DNA from: Octopus sinensis
Lineage: Eukaryota
Assembly: GCF_006345805.1 (NCBI RefSeq)
Contig: NC_043014.1
Location: 53,196,001 to 53,260,000, forward strand
Length of the DNA: 64,000 nt
Direction: 5' to 3'
The notes beneath the pieces were generated by a model. It searched no databases and had not been told where the DNA came from. It saw only the letters and a list, made by a program, of their open reading frames with translations. A program made the position numbers and the translations under genes. Positions 1 to 12,582 of the stretch are shown here, one piece after another. The number at the start of each line of letters is the position of its first letter. The stretch's first letter is position 1.

Positions 1-106
1 GTATTTGATAGACCTGTATCTGTCTATGTTATTTAAAAGCATGTCACTGACCTTTCTGAATTATTTCTCTGACTTCTCTCCTTCTCTCCTTCTCTCCTTC
101 TCTCCT

Positions 107-137
<31 letters not shown>

Positions 138-205
138 TACACACACACAATTACATAAACATATTCATACACATATATATGTATGTATATGTATATGTGT
201 ATATA

Positions 206-1437
206 CAGTGGGTGGACAAAATACTGGAAACACCTAACATCATAATTTTGAAATATCTATAAAACCGTCAAAAGCTTCTTTATTTTTTATATTTTTTGAT
301 TTATTATTAGCGTTGCTTAATAGGTTTTGCTAAAAATGCTGTTTCTTTTCAGATATCATCAGGAAAAGATAATTAAAATTCATTAAAATGACAGATCTAT
401 CGGACTTTCAAAGTCGTCAAATTGTTGGTGCTCGTATGGCAGGCGCTAGCATAACGAAAACAACCATACTGTCTCGAAAGTAATGGCAGCCTTTAAAAAA
501 GAGGGAAAAACATCCTCGTCGAAAAAAACTCCGGAAGAAAACCAACACTTTCAGATAGGGACCGTCAGACTCTTATGCGAATTGTTAGAAAGGATCACAA
601 AAGTACAGCCCCCAAAATAACTGCAGAGCTTAATGACCACCTCGAGAACCCAGTTTCCACAAAAGCTCTTTGCCAGGAGCTGCACAAAGCCAGATTTCAT
701 GGAAGGGCTGCAATCAGAAAACCACTACTTTCAAAAACAAACGTTGCAAAACGTTTAGAAAGGAGTAAAAACCTACAGAATTGGTCCCTAGAGCAGTAGA
801 AGAATGTTATTTTCTCCGACGGGTCATCATTTACTGGTTGAGTATACGTGTGGAGACAGCCAAAAGAGGCATTTGACCCAGACTGCCTTCTTCCAACTGT
901 TAAACATGTAGGAGGATCTGTGATGATCTGGCGGGGATATATCTTGGAAATCCGCCGGCCCAATGGTTTCCCTTGATGGCAGAGAATTAATAGTCAATAC
1001 TATTTAAGCATTTTATCTGATCAAATTCATCCTATGGTTGCGGAACTGTTTCCGGAGGGAAATGCAATCTTTCAGGATGAGAATGCACCAATTCACACAG
1101 CTAAAGTTGTTATTGAATGGCATGAGGAACATTCTAGTGAAGTTGAACATCTTATCTGGCCAGCACAGTCCCCAGATCTCAATATTACTGAACATTTAAG
1201 GTGCATTTTAGAAAAACAAGTAAGGAGTCCATATCGTCCACCATCATCACTACAAGAACTGGAGACTGTTTTAGCTGAAGAATGGACAAAACATTCCTTT
1301 GGAAACAATTCAAACTTTGTACGAGTCCATACCTCGTAGAATTCAAGCTGTAATTACTGCCAAAGGCAGTCCTACTCCATATTAAAATAAATTTGTTTGA
1401 AATTTTAAGGTGTTTCCGTTATTTTGTCTAACCCCTG
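206..1437 (+). mobile_element. Tc1-family DNA transposon, decayed transposase, TIRs and TA target duplication present
   Basis: Left TIR CAGTGGGTGGACAAAATACTGGAAACACCT (206-235) matches the reverse complement of the right end (..AGGTGTTTCCGTTATTTTGTCTAACCCCTG, ends 1437). TA at 204-205 and 1438-1439. Transposase pieces: ATG 388 MTDLSDFQSRQIVGARMAG, ORF 575-799 (HTH), ORF 1034-1339 FQDENAPIH / WPAQSPDLNITEH, C-terminal ESIPRRIQAVITAKGSPTPY* (stop 1383-1385). Frameshifted. Confidence 0.93.
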
Positions 1438-2219
1438 TATATACATATTGCACTCTCTGGTCGCATCGACAAACGCGAGTTGAGCAGGTCGCAGCTGCAA
1501 AGTGTTCTCCGTTCTATGTTCTATGTGTGGCCTCGCAGATGTTGCTGTTGTGGTCCCCATGGTTTTTGGGGCTAATCTAGAATCTACTCTCGGCTCTTGT
1601 CTCCCCCAGGGCATTGATTCTGGTTGCCTCAGAGAATATTAACGAAGTATATAGTTATAATAACCATTCAGACTTTCCTGTTTTTCCATGAGAATCTTGG
1701 CGCCAAACCCCACCCCGGGTACGAAGCGAGGTTATAACTTATAACTTAGCTGTCGATCGAACAGCAAACAACATGGACATGGTTACCGGGATACAAGATC
1801 ATTCTTGGATAATTCCTGCAACAATCTGTTTTTCCATCAGATGAAGCTGTTGTTTCCACATTCAAGTATTTTGTGTTTCTGGAGAAAGTCACGTGGTGAG
1901 TGGTTCACCATGATTTCAGGATTCAATGCAGACAATTCAGAGATCGATAGATAGACAGGCAGAACAGATCGATCGATCGATAGAGAGAGAGAGAGAGAAT
2001 TGGCTCCAGGAGTTTGAGTGGTACTTTATTTATCGACCCCGGAGGGAGTGAAGGTATAAGAACGGAGAGCACCCAGGTCCGGAATAAATTACTGTAAGAT
2101 AGTTTCTGCTTTAACAATCCTGAAAATGCAATTTGTAGTGAAACAACAAATATTTGTATATATTGCATATTTTGTTTATTTCAGACAAAAGATTGATAAT
2201 GATAATGATGATGATGGTG

Positions 2220-2273
<54 letters not shown>

Positions 2274-2529
2274 GTAATAATAATAATAATGGATATCAAA
2301 AAGAGAGATAATAGAGATTCTACAAAAGTAAATGTAAAAAATAACAATTATTACTAATGAATATTATTATAACGCAAATAATCGATGCTGTTACTATGAG
2401 ATATAAAAAGAGCAACACTTAAAATGCGGAAAAGTAGGAAATCAGTTGAGCAAGGTTTGTCGCCCTGGCTAATATTTTCCTGTCTCTGTACAAGTTTGGA
2501 GACTGATTTGAAAGCCGAAATCTACCTTT

Positions 2530-3122
2530 TTATGCGCTTCCAGATGAGACGCATGTTTTTGATGCCATGTCAAAAACTTTGTTGGGAGGACAGAACTGCA
2601 CCCATGGATTAGCGTTGTCATCGCAGTGGATGTATCGATGAGAATTATGCGGATAAGGATAATAAACTATTCCTTTGGCAATTTCCTTGGGACGGCATGG
2701 GTTTAGTAAAGAGCTTGGTGTCGTCTTTACGTTGGAGACACAGCGCGAAGCAGATGTCATCCATTCTGTTTTTGGTGGACAAGGTACGACCCAGGCACGG
2801 CCCCACACATCACACTCAACGAAGAAAAGCTTGTTGGCAGGATAAGGGAAGAACCAAAGGTTTTGCCTGATGTTGTCGTAAGTGCAAAGATTGGAATGTT
2901 TTGGCGACATGATTTTCTTCGGGTTGGTAACATGGTCGAAACCGCAGTTCTGCCTGATTGGATGGTAGTGAAGGCCAGGTGGACAGGTAATTACGTAAAC
3001 TCTTCCCTTTAAGTCACACTTGAGATATTTGGTGTTGTCATGGGGGTAAGGAAATACCAGTTCCTTGTTTCTTAGCTTGTCTGGGGTACAAGGGTTGCTG
3101 CTTCCAACTATGACGTCTGTCG
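2530..3122 (-). CDS. Last coding exon of the secreted lysozyme-like/VWA/chitin-binding-repeat protein: three 4-Cys repeats
   Basis: Acceptor ctaatttcag|CG (phase 1), open to TAA at 2530. Repeats NPCTPDK..FPYPHDNTKYLKCD..GRVYVITCP..C / NLCTYDN..FPYPANKLFFVECDVWGRAWVVPCP..C / NPCRPKE..YPYPHNSHRYIHCDDNANPWVQFCP..C resemble invertebrate chitin-binding (peritrophin-A/CBM14-like) modules. Confidence 0.88.
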
Positions 3123-3509
3123 CTGAAATTAGACAAATTTTAAAGCATGAGAAGTCATTTGTGGAATTATGGACGAGTTTCGCGACATTCCCTCACTTGT
3201 CCACGACCATCACCACAGAAGCTAAACCAGTAACGTCTGCCTAGAATCGCCCACTTTTGATTATCAGCTTTGTCTCTACCCATGACTCTCTCGTACATCA
3301 TTTCCTTTGTTCAAAAATATTCCTTTGTATCTCCCACTCGCCGTTTCCATCCCAAACATCCCGCCATTTCCTAAGCAAAATTAGACAAACGTTAATAACA
3401 GACGACTATCAACTGTTCAATGCGCCATAAATTCATTAAATGGGGACATATTTTTTGAAAAAGTCCGAAGCCCACAGAGAGATAGTGGCCGCCCACATAT
3501 TATCAGCCT

Positions 3510-3779
3510 TGCTTTAGTGAGAGTTGCTGAAGCATGGAACAAACTGCCGGCATCAGTTGTTAGTTGTCGGAGCACTGCATCCTTCAAAACTTCCATGCTT
3601 CCTGAGATTCGCCAACACTACACCTGATTTTCTCCCCTTCATACACACACAAGCATGTATCTGACTCATGCATTGTTCGCTTTCCAGACATTTCTACATT
3701 ACTGCATGTACTTTATATGCACTTTCTGACAAGTTGTGGTGCACCTGAGCACTGTATACAATAATTTCATTATTATTAT
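3510..3779 (+). mobile_element. 3' end of a CR1/L2-type LINE (5'-truncated)
   Basis: Reads RVAEAWNKLPASVVSCRSTASFKTSM, the RVVxxWNxLPxxVV C-terminal motif of CR1/L2 ORF2, followed by a 3' UTR and short (ATT)n tail. Confidence 0.7.
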
Positions 3780-4243
3780 AGACCTCAGTCAGATCCGTTT
3801 TAGAGACATTATGTTAAAACAAGCACTTGGGTAACTTGAAGACTGCAGCAGCCCTGCCTGTCGTTTCTGCTTTTCACGATCTACAATGTCGTATCACATT
3901 ATCTAACATAACCGTTTCTTTTATTTTCTTAAAGCCGATATACTTTGAGGCAGATTTGGCTATCATTTTGCTATAAGCTAGACGCTCCTCCGGAGGCTCG
4001 TCTTGGTTTAAAAAATTCATTACTTACGTGGACAGAGTTTATCTGACCATTTGCTCGTAATTATATCCACAACGGTACAGTTTCGAATCACGCCGTTTTC
4101 AATGCAGACGACTTCGGCAACTGCAAAGAAAAGAGTGATAAAATAATAATAATAATAATAAGAATAAGAATAACAATAACAACAATAATAACAATAACAA
4201 TAATAACAATAACAATAACAATAATAACAACAATAATAACAAC

Positions 4244-4296
<53 letters not shown>

Positions 4297-4299
4297 CAA

Positions 4300-4478
4300 C
4301 ATCGAAAAATACCTTAGGGATGAAAACCCTGGTTCGAAATTTCCCGAAGACACCTGATGAAAGCTGGAGGTATATCAGCCGAAATGTTGTGTTAACAACA
4401 AACAAGATGAGGACAAATATCCATCAAATATAAATAATGTAAATAATGTAAATAATTCCTCATCTCTTAAATATAGAA
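4300..4478 (+). repeat. Short dispersed repeat carrying a hammerhead ribozyme motif (probable Penelope-derived terminal repeat)
   Basis: Homologous to the inverted copy at 21026-21140. Follows an (AAT)n/(AAC)n tract. Contains the core CTGATGA...GAAA. Confidence 0.75.
4349..4393 (+). ncRNA. Minimal type-I hammerhead ribozyme motif
   Basis: Stem I GACAC(4349-53)/GTGTT(4389-93); core CTGATGA(4354-60); stem II (A)GCTG/CAGC(C); GAAA(4381-84); loopless stem III AT/GT; cleavage triplet GUU. Confidence 0.7.
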
Positions 4479-4558
4479 TTGTATTATCTTTTTTGTCTTT
4501 TGAAAAAAAAGTTGAGTCATTTGTATTCGTCAAAATAAAGCCTGGAAAATTCGTTTAC

Positions 4559-4802
4559 CTTTCGGTTCTCCTTTATGGAACTTCACATGGAAATTGCTTT
4601 CGTTGAAACAAAATTGTTGGGAGGTGTTCACTTTGCTCGCTTCGAACGTCAGGTAGAGGGGTCGACCGTTTTTGTCGGCCTTTACGAAAAGCACCATGGG
4701 CCGGCCATCAGCAGCAGTTCCTGTAATCTCGAACACTGATTCGCTTGGGTTCGAATCGTTATACGATCCGAAAATTCTGACCACTGAACAATTAGTTTCA
4801 AC
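4559..4802 (-). CDS. Internal exon (linker domain) of the lysozyme-like/VWA gene; acceptor at 4802 or 4783
   Basis: Open frame (VETNCS)VVRIFGSYNDSNPSESVFEITG...KGEPK, donor G|GTAAAC at 4559 (phase 1, matches the last exon). Two frame-compatible acceptors: AAG|4802 (phase 0, after exon 5124-4979) or CAG|4783 (phase 1, directly after exon 8843-8637). Confidence 0.75.
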
Positions 4803-4978
4803 CTTGTTTCAAAAAGGATTAAATATAGCAAAAGAAAAAAAAAGGTAACAAAAAGTAACAAAAAGCAAATAAAGAAAATAATTTGATCGAATGGTTTAAG
4901 AAGTTTACCCCGTTACCGTCTGCTTGTCTGATGCCAACAGATAAGAATTACAATGGGGCTCCTAGCGATGTTATTTAC

Positions 4979-5124
4979 CTTTGGAAGCGTAACTTTCGAA
5001 TGAATCGGGGACAAGCATAATAATAATAGAGACCAGGAATTGCCAACAGATTTGATTAAAAAAAAAACCCGCATGTATTTTTTACGGTCAAGAGTTGCCT
5101 CAACCCACATTTCTGTTATAATTC
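4979..5124 (-). CDS. Candidate additional internal exon of the lysozyme-like/VWA gene
   Basis: tctccttttcag|GA acceptor (phase 1) and AAG|GTAAAT donor (phase 0). Open frame GIITEMWVEATLDRKKYMRVFFLIK...SKVTLPK joins in frame to the 4802 acceptor. No recognisable motif, so uncertain. Confidence 0.35.
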
Positions 5125-6410
5125 CTGAAAAGGAGACAATTTCCACAGGGTTTTGCTCGCTGAAGTGGGTTGATTGCTATCGATGAGTCGAGTTGGTATT
5201 TTCTCAGGAATTCTCCCGAAATTCGGCTGATTGGTCGGTAAAACTGTTTCAGGTAGAAAAACAGCCTTGAAAACGAATCTTTCGAGAGTGGCACATAGTG
5301 GCCTTGAAGGTAGTATGCGGCTCGCGAGCCGCAGTTTGGCCACTGTTGTTATACACAATATTAGTCATTGAGATAAAAATTGTTTCTTCTTAATTATTTG
5401 TTCATTAAAAAATAATTAATTACGACAGGAACAGTCGTAATTAATACCATACCGGAGGTAATATACATCTTCCGCTTAAAACAGATTGTGTTAGAATACA
5501 TAATACTGCGCCATTTACTTCGGGAGAACCTCTCATATAGACTCGTGGTGCATATAGGCATTCTGGTTTATAGCATTGGCGGGTGATAACCGTCCTCTAC
5601 GCGCTGGAACTTCCAAATCTCGTCCAGCTGGAAATAGCAGCCGATTCCCACCCACACACCTGTCAGCGATATATAGAATCTCAATGTCTGGTGTCGGGAA
5701 CAGCCAGTGGACTTATTAAAAAAAAATTAACAGCCGGTGTACTGGCAACATTAAGTATGGTAACGCATATCTAACGATCCTTTTTTAATTATGATAACGT
5801 ATACTTGCCACAATTGTTGTTCCGTTGCCCTTCGGTGTCACTTTGATACCAATGTGTGTACCATTATCTGGAACCTTTCTCTTAATTTCCGTCTCTTTTA
5901 TAGTTGAGTTCGTGGAATTACTCGGAATATCAGGAATTTCAATTGTAGATTTAGCTGTAAAAGAACAAACGCGAAAGCATCAGTGCAGGGGACGGTGTTC
6001 GTAAACCGCATTATATTGGTACTCTGACATACATACATACATACATACATAAATACATACATACACACACATACACACATACATACATACATACATACAT
6101 ACATACATACATGCATGCATACATACACATATACTTATTTCGCTTAGGTACAGCGATAACACTAATTCGGTCTCGGACCTCAATATGCGAATGCTTCAGA
6201 CTAAAGCAGCAACGAGTACAGAGTGGAATATGAAATTAAATGACAAAAGAACAGGAAATCACATAATCAACTCATAAGTGCCAGCTTCCTTGGATTCAGG
6301 GACGTACATATGCCCAACCCTTGCGAACACAACGGATCGCTCGGTCCAGGGATCGAAACCACAGCCTTAACCACTAAGTGTAACACCCTTAACCACTAAG
6401 CTTTCCGCTA

Positions 6411-6416
6411 TATATC

Positions 6417-6451
<35 letters not shown>

Positions 6452-6518
6452 ATATATATATATATTACACATATATATATAATATATGTATATTATATAT
6501 ATTATATATATATATTAT

Positions 6519-6596
<78 letters not shown>

Positions 6597-7006
6597 TATA
6601 TTTAATGAAATGGATAAATGATTATCTTGTTACGGATTTATTCAAAATTTAACCGATACCTGTGTAGCAAAAATCACACCAGAAAAGACACGGTTGAGGT
6701 TACGACCGTGGGGTTTCGCCCCTGTGCTTTAGCGCGGATAATTGAAGTCAACACTCTGACGTCATCGCACATGAGAGACAGTTTTGTGTGCCATTTTACA
6801 TGGGCTCCTAGGAGCGTTTTGTTCGAAAAGCTTGCTGCGCATTTGTTTTGAGATTTTAAATTCCTGGATTTTCCTGAAGAGAAAGCTGCAGAATGGTCTC
6901 CTTATTCAATCCGAATTTGGGAATTGCAGCCTTTGAAACATGTGTAGAAAATAATAAAAGGAATTTGGTAGAATCTTCGTTCGACTCCATTTCTTCCCTT
7001 CACTAA

Positions 7007-7048
<42 letters not shown>

Positions 7049-7070
7049 GTGTATATATATATATGTGTAT

Positions 7071-7169
<99 letters not shown>

Positions 7170-7275
7170 GTATATAATGTGTATACATATATATATATAT
7201 ATTATATATATATATATATATGTATAGTGTATACATATATATATATAATATATATATATATATGTATGTATATGT

Positions 7276-7315
<40 letters not shown>

Positions 7316-7475
7316 GTGTATACATATATATATATATATATATGTTATGTATATGTGTATACATATATAAATATATATATATATATATGTATGTGTAATA
7401 CATATATATATATATATATATATATATGTGTATACATATTATATATATATATATATATATGTATATGTGTATACA

Positions 7476-7507
<32 letters not shown>

Positions 7508-7541
7508 CATATATTTTATATATATATATATGTATATGTGT

Positions 7542-7579
<38 letters not shown>

Positions 7580-7897
7580 ATACATAAATTTTTTCCCACT
7601 AGGCCGCTGGTGGCAAAAAATTCTACAAAATTTTTTGGCACCCTATAATGATTAAATTATATATATTATATATGTTATATGTGTATACATATATATAATA
7701 TATAGTATATGGTATACATATATATATATATATATATGTGTATACATATATTATATATATATATATAATGGTATACTAATATATATATATATATATATGT
7801 GTATACATATATATTATATATATATATATGTGTATACATATATATATATATATATATATGTGTATACCTATATATATATTAATATATATATATGTGT

Positions 7898-7928
<31 letters not shown>

Positions 7929-7935
7929 CTATATA

Positions 7936-7968
<33 letters not shown>

Positions 7969-7970
7969 AG
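6411..7970. repeat. Compound (TA)n satellite blocks (6411-6600 and 7005-7970) with recurrent TGTATACA cores
   Basis: Direct reading. All ORFs here (YIYI/IYIY) are repeat artefacts. Confidence 0.95.
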
Positions 7971-8370
7971 TAATGTTTGTAGCTACTTCAGCATGGCTGT
8001 CCGTTCGAACGGACAGCCATGTAAATGTGGCTACGAATATTACTTGTCAGTACAACTACTGCGTTGATCTCTTACAGAGATTGTAGAACTAGCATCTTTG
8101 CATATCTATATATATATATATATATATATATAAACAAACCCAAAAGGCTGTGAATTAGGGAGGAGAGCGACTCACATAGGTCCTTTTTGATAATAACTAT
8201 AGTTATATATGATTTACAATAGTACATGCTCCATTTAAAGCGACTAAACCTAAAGAATTGACGGAAAGATGTGTGTGTATATATATATATATATATATGT
8301 ACATATACACACATATATATGTATATATATGTGTGTATATATATGCATACATATATACATACATATATAC

Positions 8371-8410
<40 letters not shown>

Positions 8411-8636
8411 TATATATATATACGCACAGACATGCACACACACACACACAACACACACACACACACACACAAACACACATATATGCATACACACGCACAC
8501 AGACGCACACACATCCATTCACATATATGTACGCATATTTCAAGCCGAGTGTCAATGTCCAACAGTGAATTATGATTTAAACGAATCCCACAGTTAAAAA
8601 AAGAGGCGAAAACGATTGATATGCATCGATACGAAC

Positions 8637-8843
8637 CGCCGCAAGCATTCTTGATCAACTCGTGAAGGAAGTTGTCCATGTCGTCGAACGTAGCAAGGGA
8701 GAAAACTCGACTGCACGTTCCCGCCACCTGTAACAGTTCGGTTCGATCCACATTACTGCCGACTCCGACAGAAAAGATTTCAATTCCCTGTTGTTTGGCG
8801 ATATTGGCAGCTGCCACTGTCTGAGCCCGGTTATTTGATTGAC
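8637..8843 (-). CDS. Exon: C-terminal half of the VWA domain
   Basis: ttcttctgcacag|GT acceptor, G|GTTCGT donor, 207 nt, phase 1-1. (D)GQSNNRAQTVAAANIAKQQGIEIFSVGVGSNVDRTELLQVAG...F: VWA TDG motif continuation and I(F/Y)xVGVG strand. Confidence 0.93.
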
Positions 8844-8949
8844 CTGTGCAGAAGAACAAAGAAAAATAAAAGCAATGTTAACAGATGTAAATTTGGGAAG
8901 ATAGATTGAATTAAAAGTGATAAAAATAATAATTGTCGATGATTTAGAC

Positions 8950-9472
8950 CAGGGGTGGGGAAACTCCCGCTCGTGGCCAAAATTCCTCCCGCAAGCACAT
9001 TTCATTGCGCTCGCAGACTGATATACTCGTTTGTTCAAAATATAATAAATCTTTCAATTATCAAATCCATACAATACTCTTCTGCGTATTTGCGACGTAA
9101 GTCGCGTTTCGACTTCGAATTAAAACGGTCAGACTCGAACAGAAAATCGTCCGCTAATTGCCATTTGAATGGGAATTTTGTTTCCACTACAAAACACATA
9201 TTGCTAGGTTTGTACGACCCCCTTCAAACCCGACTACACTCTAGCGGAAAGCAGAATAGCTCATAAGTAATATAATCGTCCCAAATTCAGTGGCGGCGTT
9301 GATGACGATGTTAATTTAATATGTTAAACTTATGTTTATTAATGTATATCGAATTTATACACAGATGTATACAAGATTTACACGGGTATAAGAGTTAGAA
9401 CTTGTGATCCGCCTGCGGACCTTTGTCTTTGGAAATTTTTACCCGCCGCACTAACAAGTTGCCCCATCCCTG
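8950..9472. mobile_element. Non-autonomous hAT-type MITE (523 bp)
   Basis: TIRs CAGGGGTGGGGAAACT / AGTTGCCCCATCCCTG (14/16 match). Flanking 8-mers ATTTAGAC / ATTTAAGT are consistent with a decayed 8-bp TSD. No coding capacity. Confidence 0.75.
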
Positions 9473-10731
9473 ATTTAAGTAGAAGGCCAGCAATTTGAAG
9501 GGGAAGGGACTTAGTCGATGAAATCGATCCCTACTACGTCAGGAGTTTATTGTCATCAAAGTTGAACTCGACAGAATTTGAACTTAGAACATAAAGCGTG
9601 GAAAGAAGTGCCCCCCCCCCCAAGAAACGTTATCTATTTTGCCAAGGCACAAGGCTTGAAATTTTAGGGGAGGAAGATGGCCGATTAGATCGACCCCAGT
9701 GCGCAACTGGTAATTACTTCATCGATTCCGAAAGGATGAAAGGCAAAGTCGACTTCGGCGGAATTTGAACTCAGAACATAAAGACAGACAAAACACCGCA
9801 AAGCATTTGTTTCTTTGTAATGAGGGTTTGATAAAAATAAAAACATCGAGGACAGTTCAGGGCGATGCAGTTTGGGATTAAAAGTATGTAACAAAAAGTA
9901 GAATAATAGAAACAAAGAAACAAACAAACAAAAAAAGAAATAAAATAAAAATAACAATATGGACTAATTACCCCCTCCAAATGGGATTGCGCGAAAAGCC
10001 CTTCATGCAAACCTCACAAAACTACCGTCTTCCTGACCTCAAAGGCAATTATCCTCTCTCTCTCAGTTATCAGCCTTGAATTTTCTGTCAAGGTCCGCTC
10101 CCTCAAGCCATACCCACTACTCTCATCTACCATATAATTAATTAATTAAGGCAGAACCTCCCTCTCCGTCCTCACTTTCCTCTGGAATGAAGCTAGAAAA
10201 AGTTGATGAGGGTTAAGCCCAAAACGAAGGAGTCTGTCATCATCCCTTTCAGTCGCGTTCAAAACAGAACCACTTTCGCCAAAGCGAACAGATAAAGATG
10301 ACCCCCCCCTCCTCGTTGCCCATATTTTGTACTGCAACGATCGACTCGTTCAATTTTGAATTTCATCCTTTTTGGAGTCGGTAAAATGAAAACTAATCAA
10401 GTTATAGTATCGATTTAATCGATTATCCCCCTTCAGACCAAATGTGAGGCTTTGTGTGGTTGACAGAAGTTATTTCCTAGCATCGTAGGACAGCGCTAGC
10501 AACGGAGATGGTAAGAGGCACTCGTTGCATTTAGTCACCTCTAAAAATATGAATTGTATTCTCGGCGAAGCGAACTCATTTTTCCTTGGTTTTCAAGTCG
10601 ATGAAATAACAACTAGTGACGCCATAGGGATTTGATAAAGTTCTGGAAGAGATTATTTCAGGTTTTCTTAAAAATTTTAAAATTCTTTGGACGCCCTCAA
10701 AATACATTTCTCGCTGGTATAAATAAACTTT

Positions 10732-10790
10732 CTTAAATGGATAAAGAAATTCAAAAGTGGCAGAACGCCTGTCAAGTTTACTGGACAGCT
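10732..10790 (+). mobile_element. Small remnant of a mariner transposase HTH region
   Basis: Translates LKWIKKFKSGRT, similar to the mariner WxxxFxxGR motif. Context heavily decayed. Confidence 0.35.
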
Positions 10791-11583
10791 TTCGACATTT
10801 TCTATCCGAAAATGTTTGAAACCCATTATTTATAGTTTTATGTGCTTCGAGATCCACTGTTCCAAAAAAGAACAGACAGTGCGTGTGTCCTTTGTCAATA
10901 TTTATTGGTTTTAAGTACTTGGACATTTCTGAAACGAATTTTGCCAATAACAAGAAAATACTTTTGTTAAGCAACAAGAAAACTATTACGTAGTTGCTCC
11001 ATCTGCGAGAAGTAAAAATAGTCAAGTATCTCTAAAATTTTATTCACTTTTCTGTCGTGGTTGTGTGGTTAAGAGACTCGCTTTGCAAATATGAGTTTTC
11101 GGGTTCGGTTACATTACGCGGCACCTTGGTCAAGTGTCTTTGAACTATAACCCTTGGCCGACGAATTTAAGAGACGGAAACTCAGTAGAAGTCCGCTGTA
11201 TATATATGTGTGTGTGTGTGTGTGTGCATGTGTGTGTGTGTGCACGCGCGCGCGTAGATGTATGCGTGCGTGCGTGCGCGTATGTGCGTATATATATGTT
11301 TTACTATTGCTTACAATCGGTCTTGGTTTGTTTACGTCCCCGTAACTTAACTACTCGGCAAAAGGGTCCGATAGAATAAGTAAGAAATAATTAAAAATAG
11401 TATAAGTACTGCGGTTGATTTGTTCAGCTAAGACCCTTTCAAGGCGGTGCCCCAGCATGGCCGCAATCCAATGACTAAAACAAGGAAGTGATAAATGGAA
11501 ATTAAAAGTTAAGAATTAATAAAGACGGTAAAATTAATGTATTTTCTGTGGTGGGTGGTTAAGGGTTAGGGTTTCCTACTTAC

Positions 11584-11940
11584 CATCTGTTACAAGAACC
11601 AAAACCCTGGGGGCATCCTTCTTGGGTTTGGCACCATTACTCGGGTTGAAAACATTGTTGACGACAGTGTTGATTCCAGCGGCCGTATCTGTGCCTCCGC
11701 TATCGTAGCCCATGGTCCGGATCTTCTGAATCATTTGACTTTTGCTGGTGAAAGCATTCAAGTAAAAGAGCACTTTGGCTGTGCTACTAAAAGTGGTAAC
11801 AGACACCCGGAACTGGCCGGGAGATATTGGCAGCCGGTTGATGGACTTCTCCAGAAACTGCTTCACTTTGTTGTAGTTGGCTTGTCCAACACTTCCCGAT
11901 TCATCCAGAAGAAATACAAGATCCGTCGGCTTCTCACAGC
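11584..11940 (-). CDS. Exon: N-terminal part of the VWA domain with MIDAS motif
   Basis: cttatttcag|GC acceptor, G|GTAAGT donor, 357 nt, phase 1-1. CEKPTDLVFLLDESGSVG (DxSxS)...GGTDTAAGI (T)...PRVLVLVTDG (D). Confidence 0.95.
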
Positions 11941-12041
11941 CTGAAATAAGACGATTCCTATGTCAGACAATGAGAAAAAAGGGTGTGGCGGAGGGTGGGG
12001 TGGGGGATACGACACTGCGTTGGGATTCCATTCCATAATAA

Positions 12042-12081
<40 letters not shown>

Positions 12082-12582
12082 CTCCTCACTCAAAATTTCT
12101 CAATTCATCCCCTATTTCTCTTTCTAACCCATATACACACACACATACATACATTCACACATACACACATACATACACACATACATACATACATACACAC
12201 ATACACACACACACATACATACACACATACATACATACATACAAAAATACCCTGATGATGTTGCTGAAATTGTAATGAAGGAGCCTTGGATCAAGGTTAG
12301 AAACCAGCTCTTTCTCTATCGGCAAGAAATCTTGAAATAAAACTGAATAATGACATACATACAGAAATACACACATACAGACACACACACATAGATACAT
12401 ACATACATACATACAAGCAGATATACATACGTACATACACACATTCATGTATACATATATACATACATACACACACACATCCATTCATGCACATACACTT
12501 ACATACACACATGTACACACGCATACACACAGATACATACACACATACACGCGTATACAGATAGATATACAAACAAACTTAC

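Noticed and set aside
5316-5333. Perfect 18-bp palindrome TGCGGCTCGCGAGCCGCA
   Set aside because: It is followed by GTTTGGCCAC, the usual subterminal arrangement of hAT MITE ends, so it is best explained as a transposon remnant.
7170-7910. Repeat-spacer-like periodicity resembling a CRISPR array
   Set aside because: The spacers are pure (TA)n, the core is only 8-10 bp, the context is eukaryotic and there are no cas genes.
6906-8597. Numerous long ORFs (YIYI, HTHT, CVCV types), also at 32902-33828, 36418-36804, 44473-44835, 48733-49277
   Set aside because: They are translations of (TA)n, (CA)n and (TCTA)n microsatellites that lack stops; no coding signal apart from the real exon 8843-8637.
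11556-11575. Telomere-like GGTTAAGGGTTAGGGTTT next to a splice donor
   Set aside because: Only about two degenerate units; too short to call an interstitial telomere.
12251-12275. CTGATGA...GAAA spacing resembling a hammerhead (similar CTGATGA hits at about 15644 and 29694)
   Set aside because: No stem II or stem I pairing and no valid NUH site.
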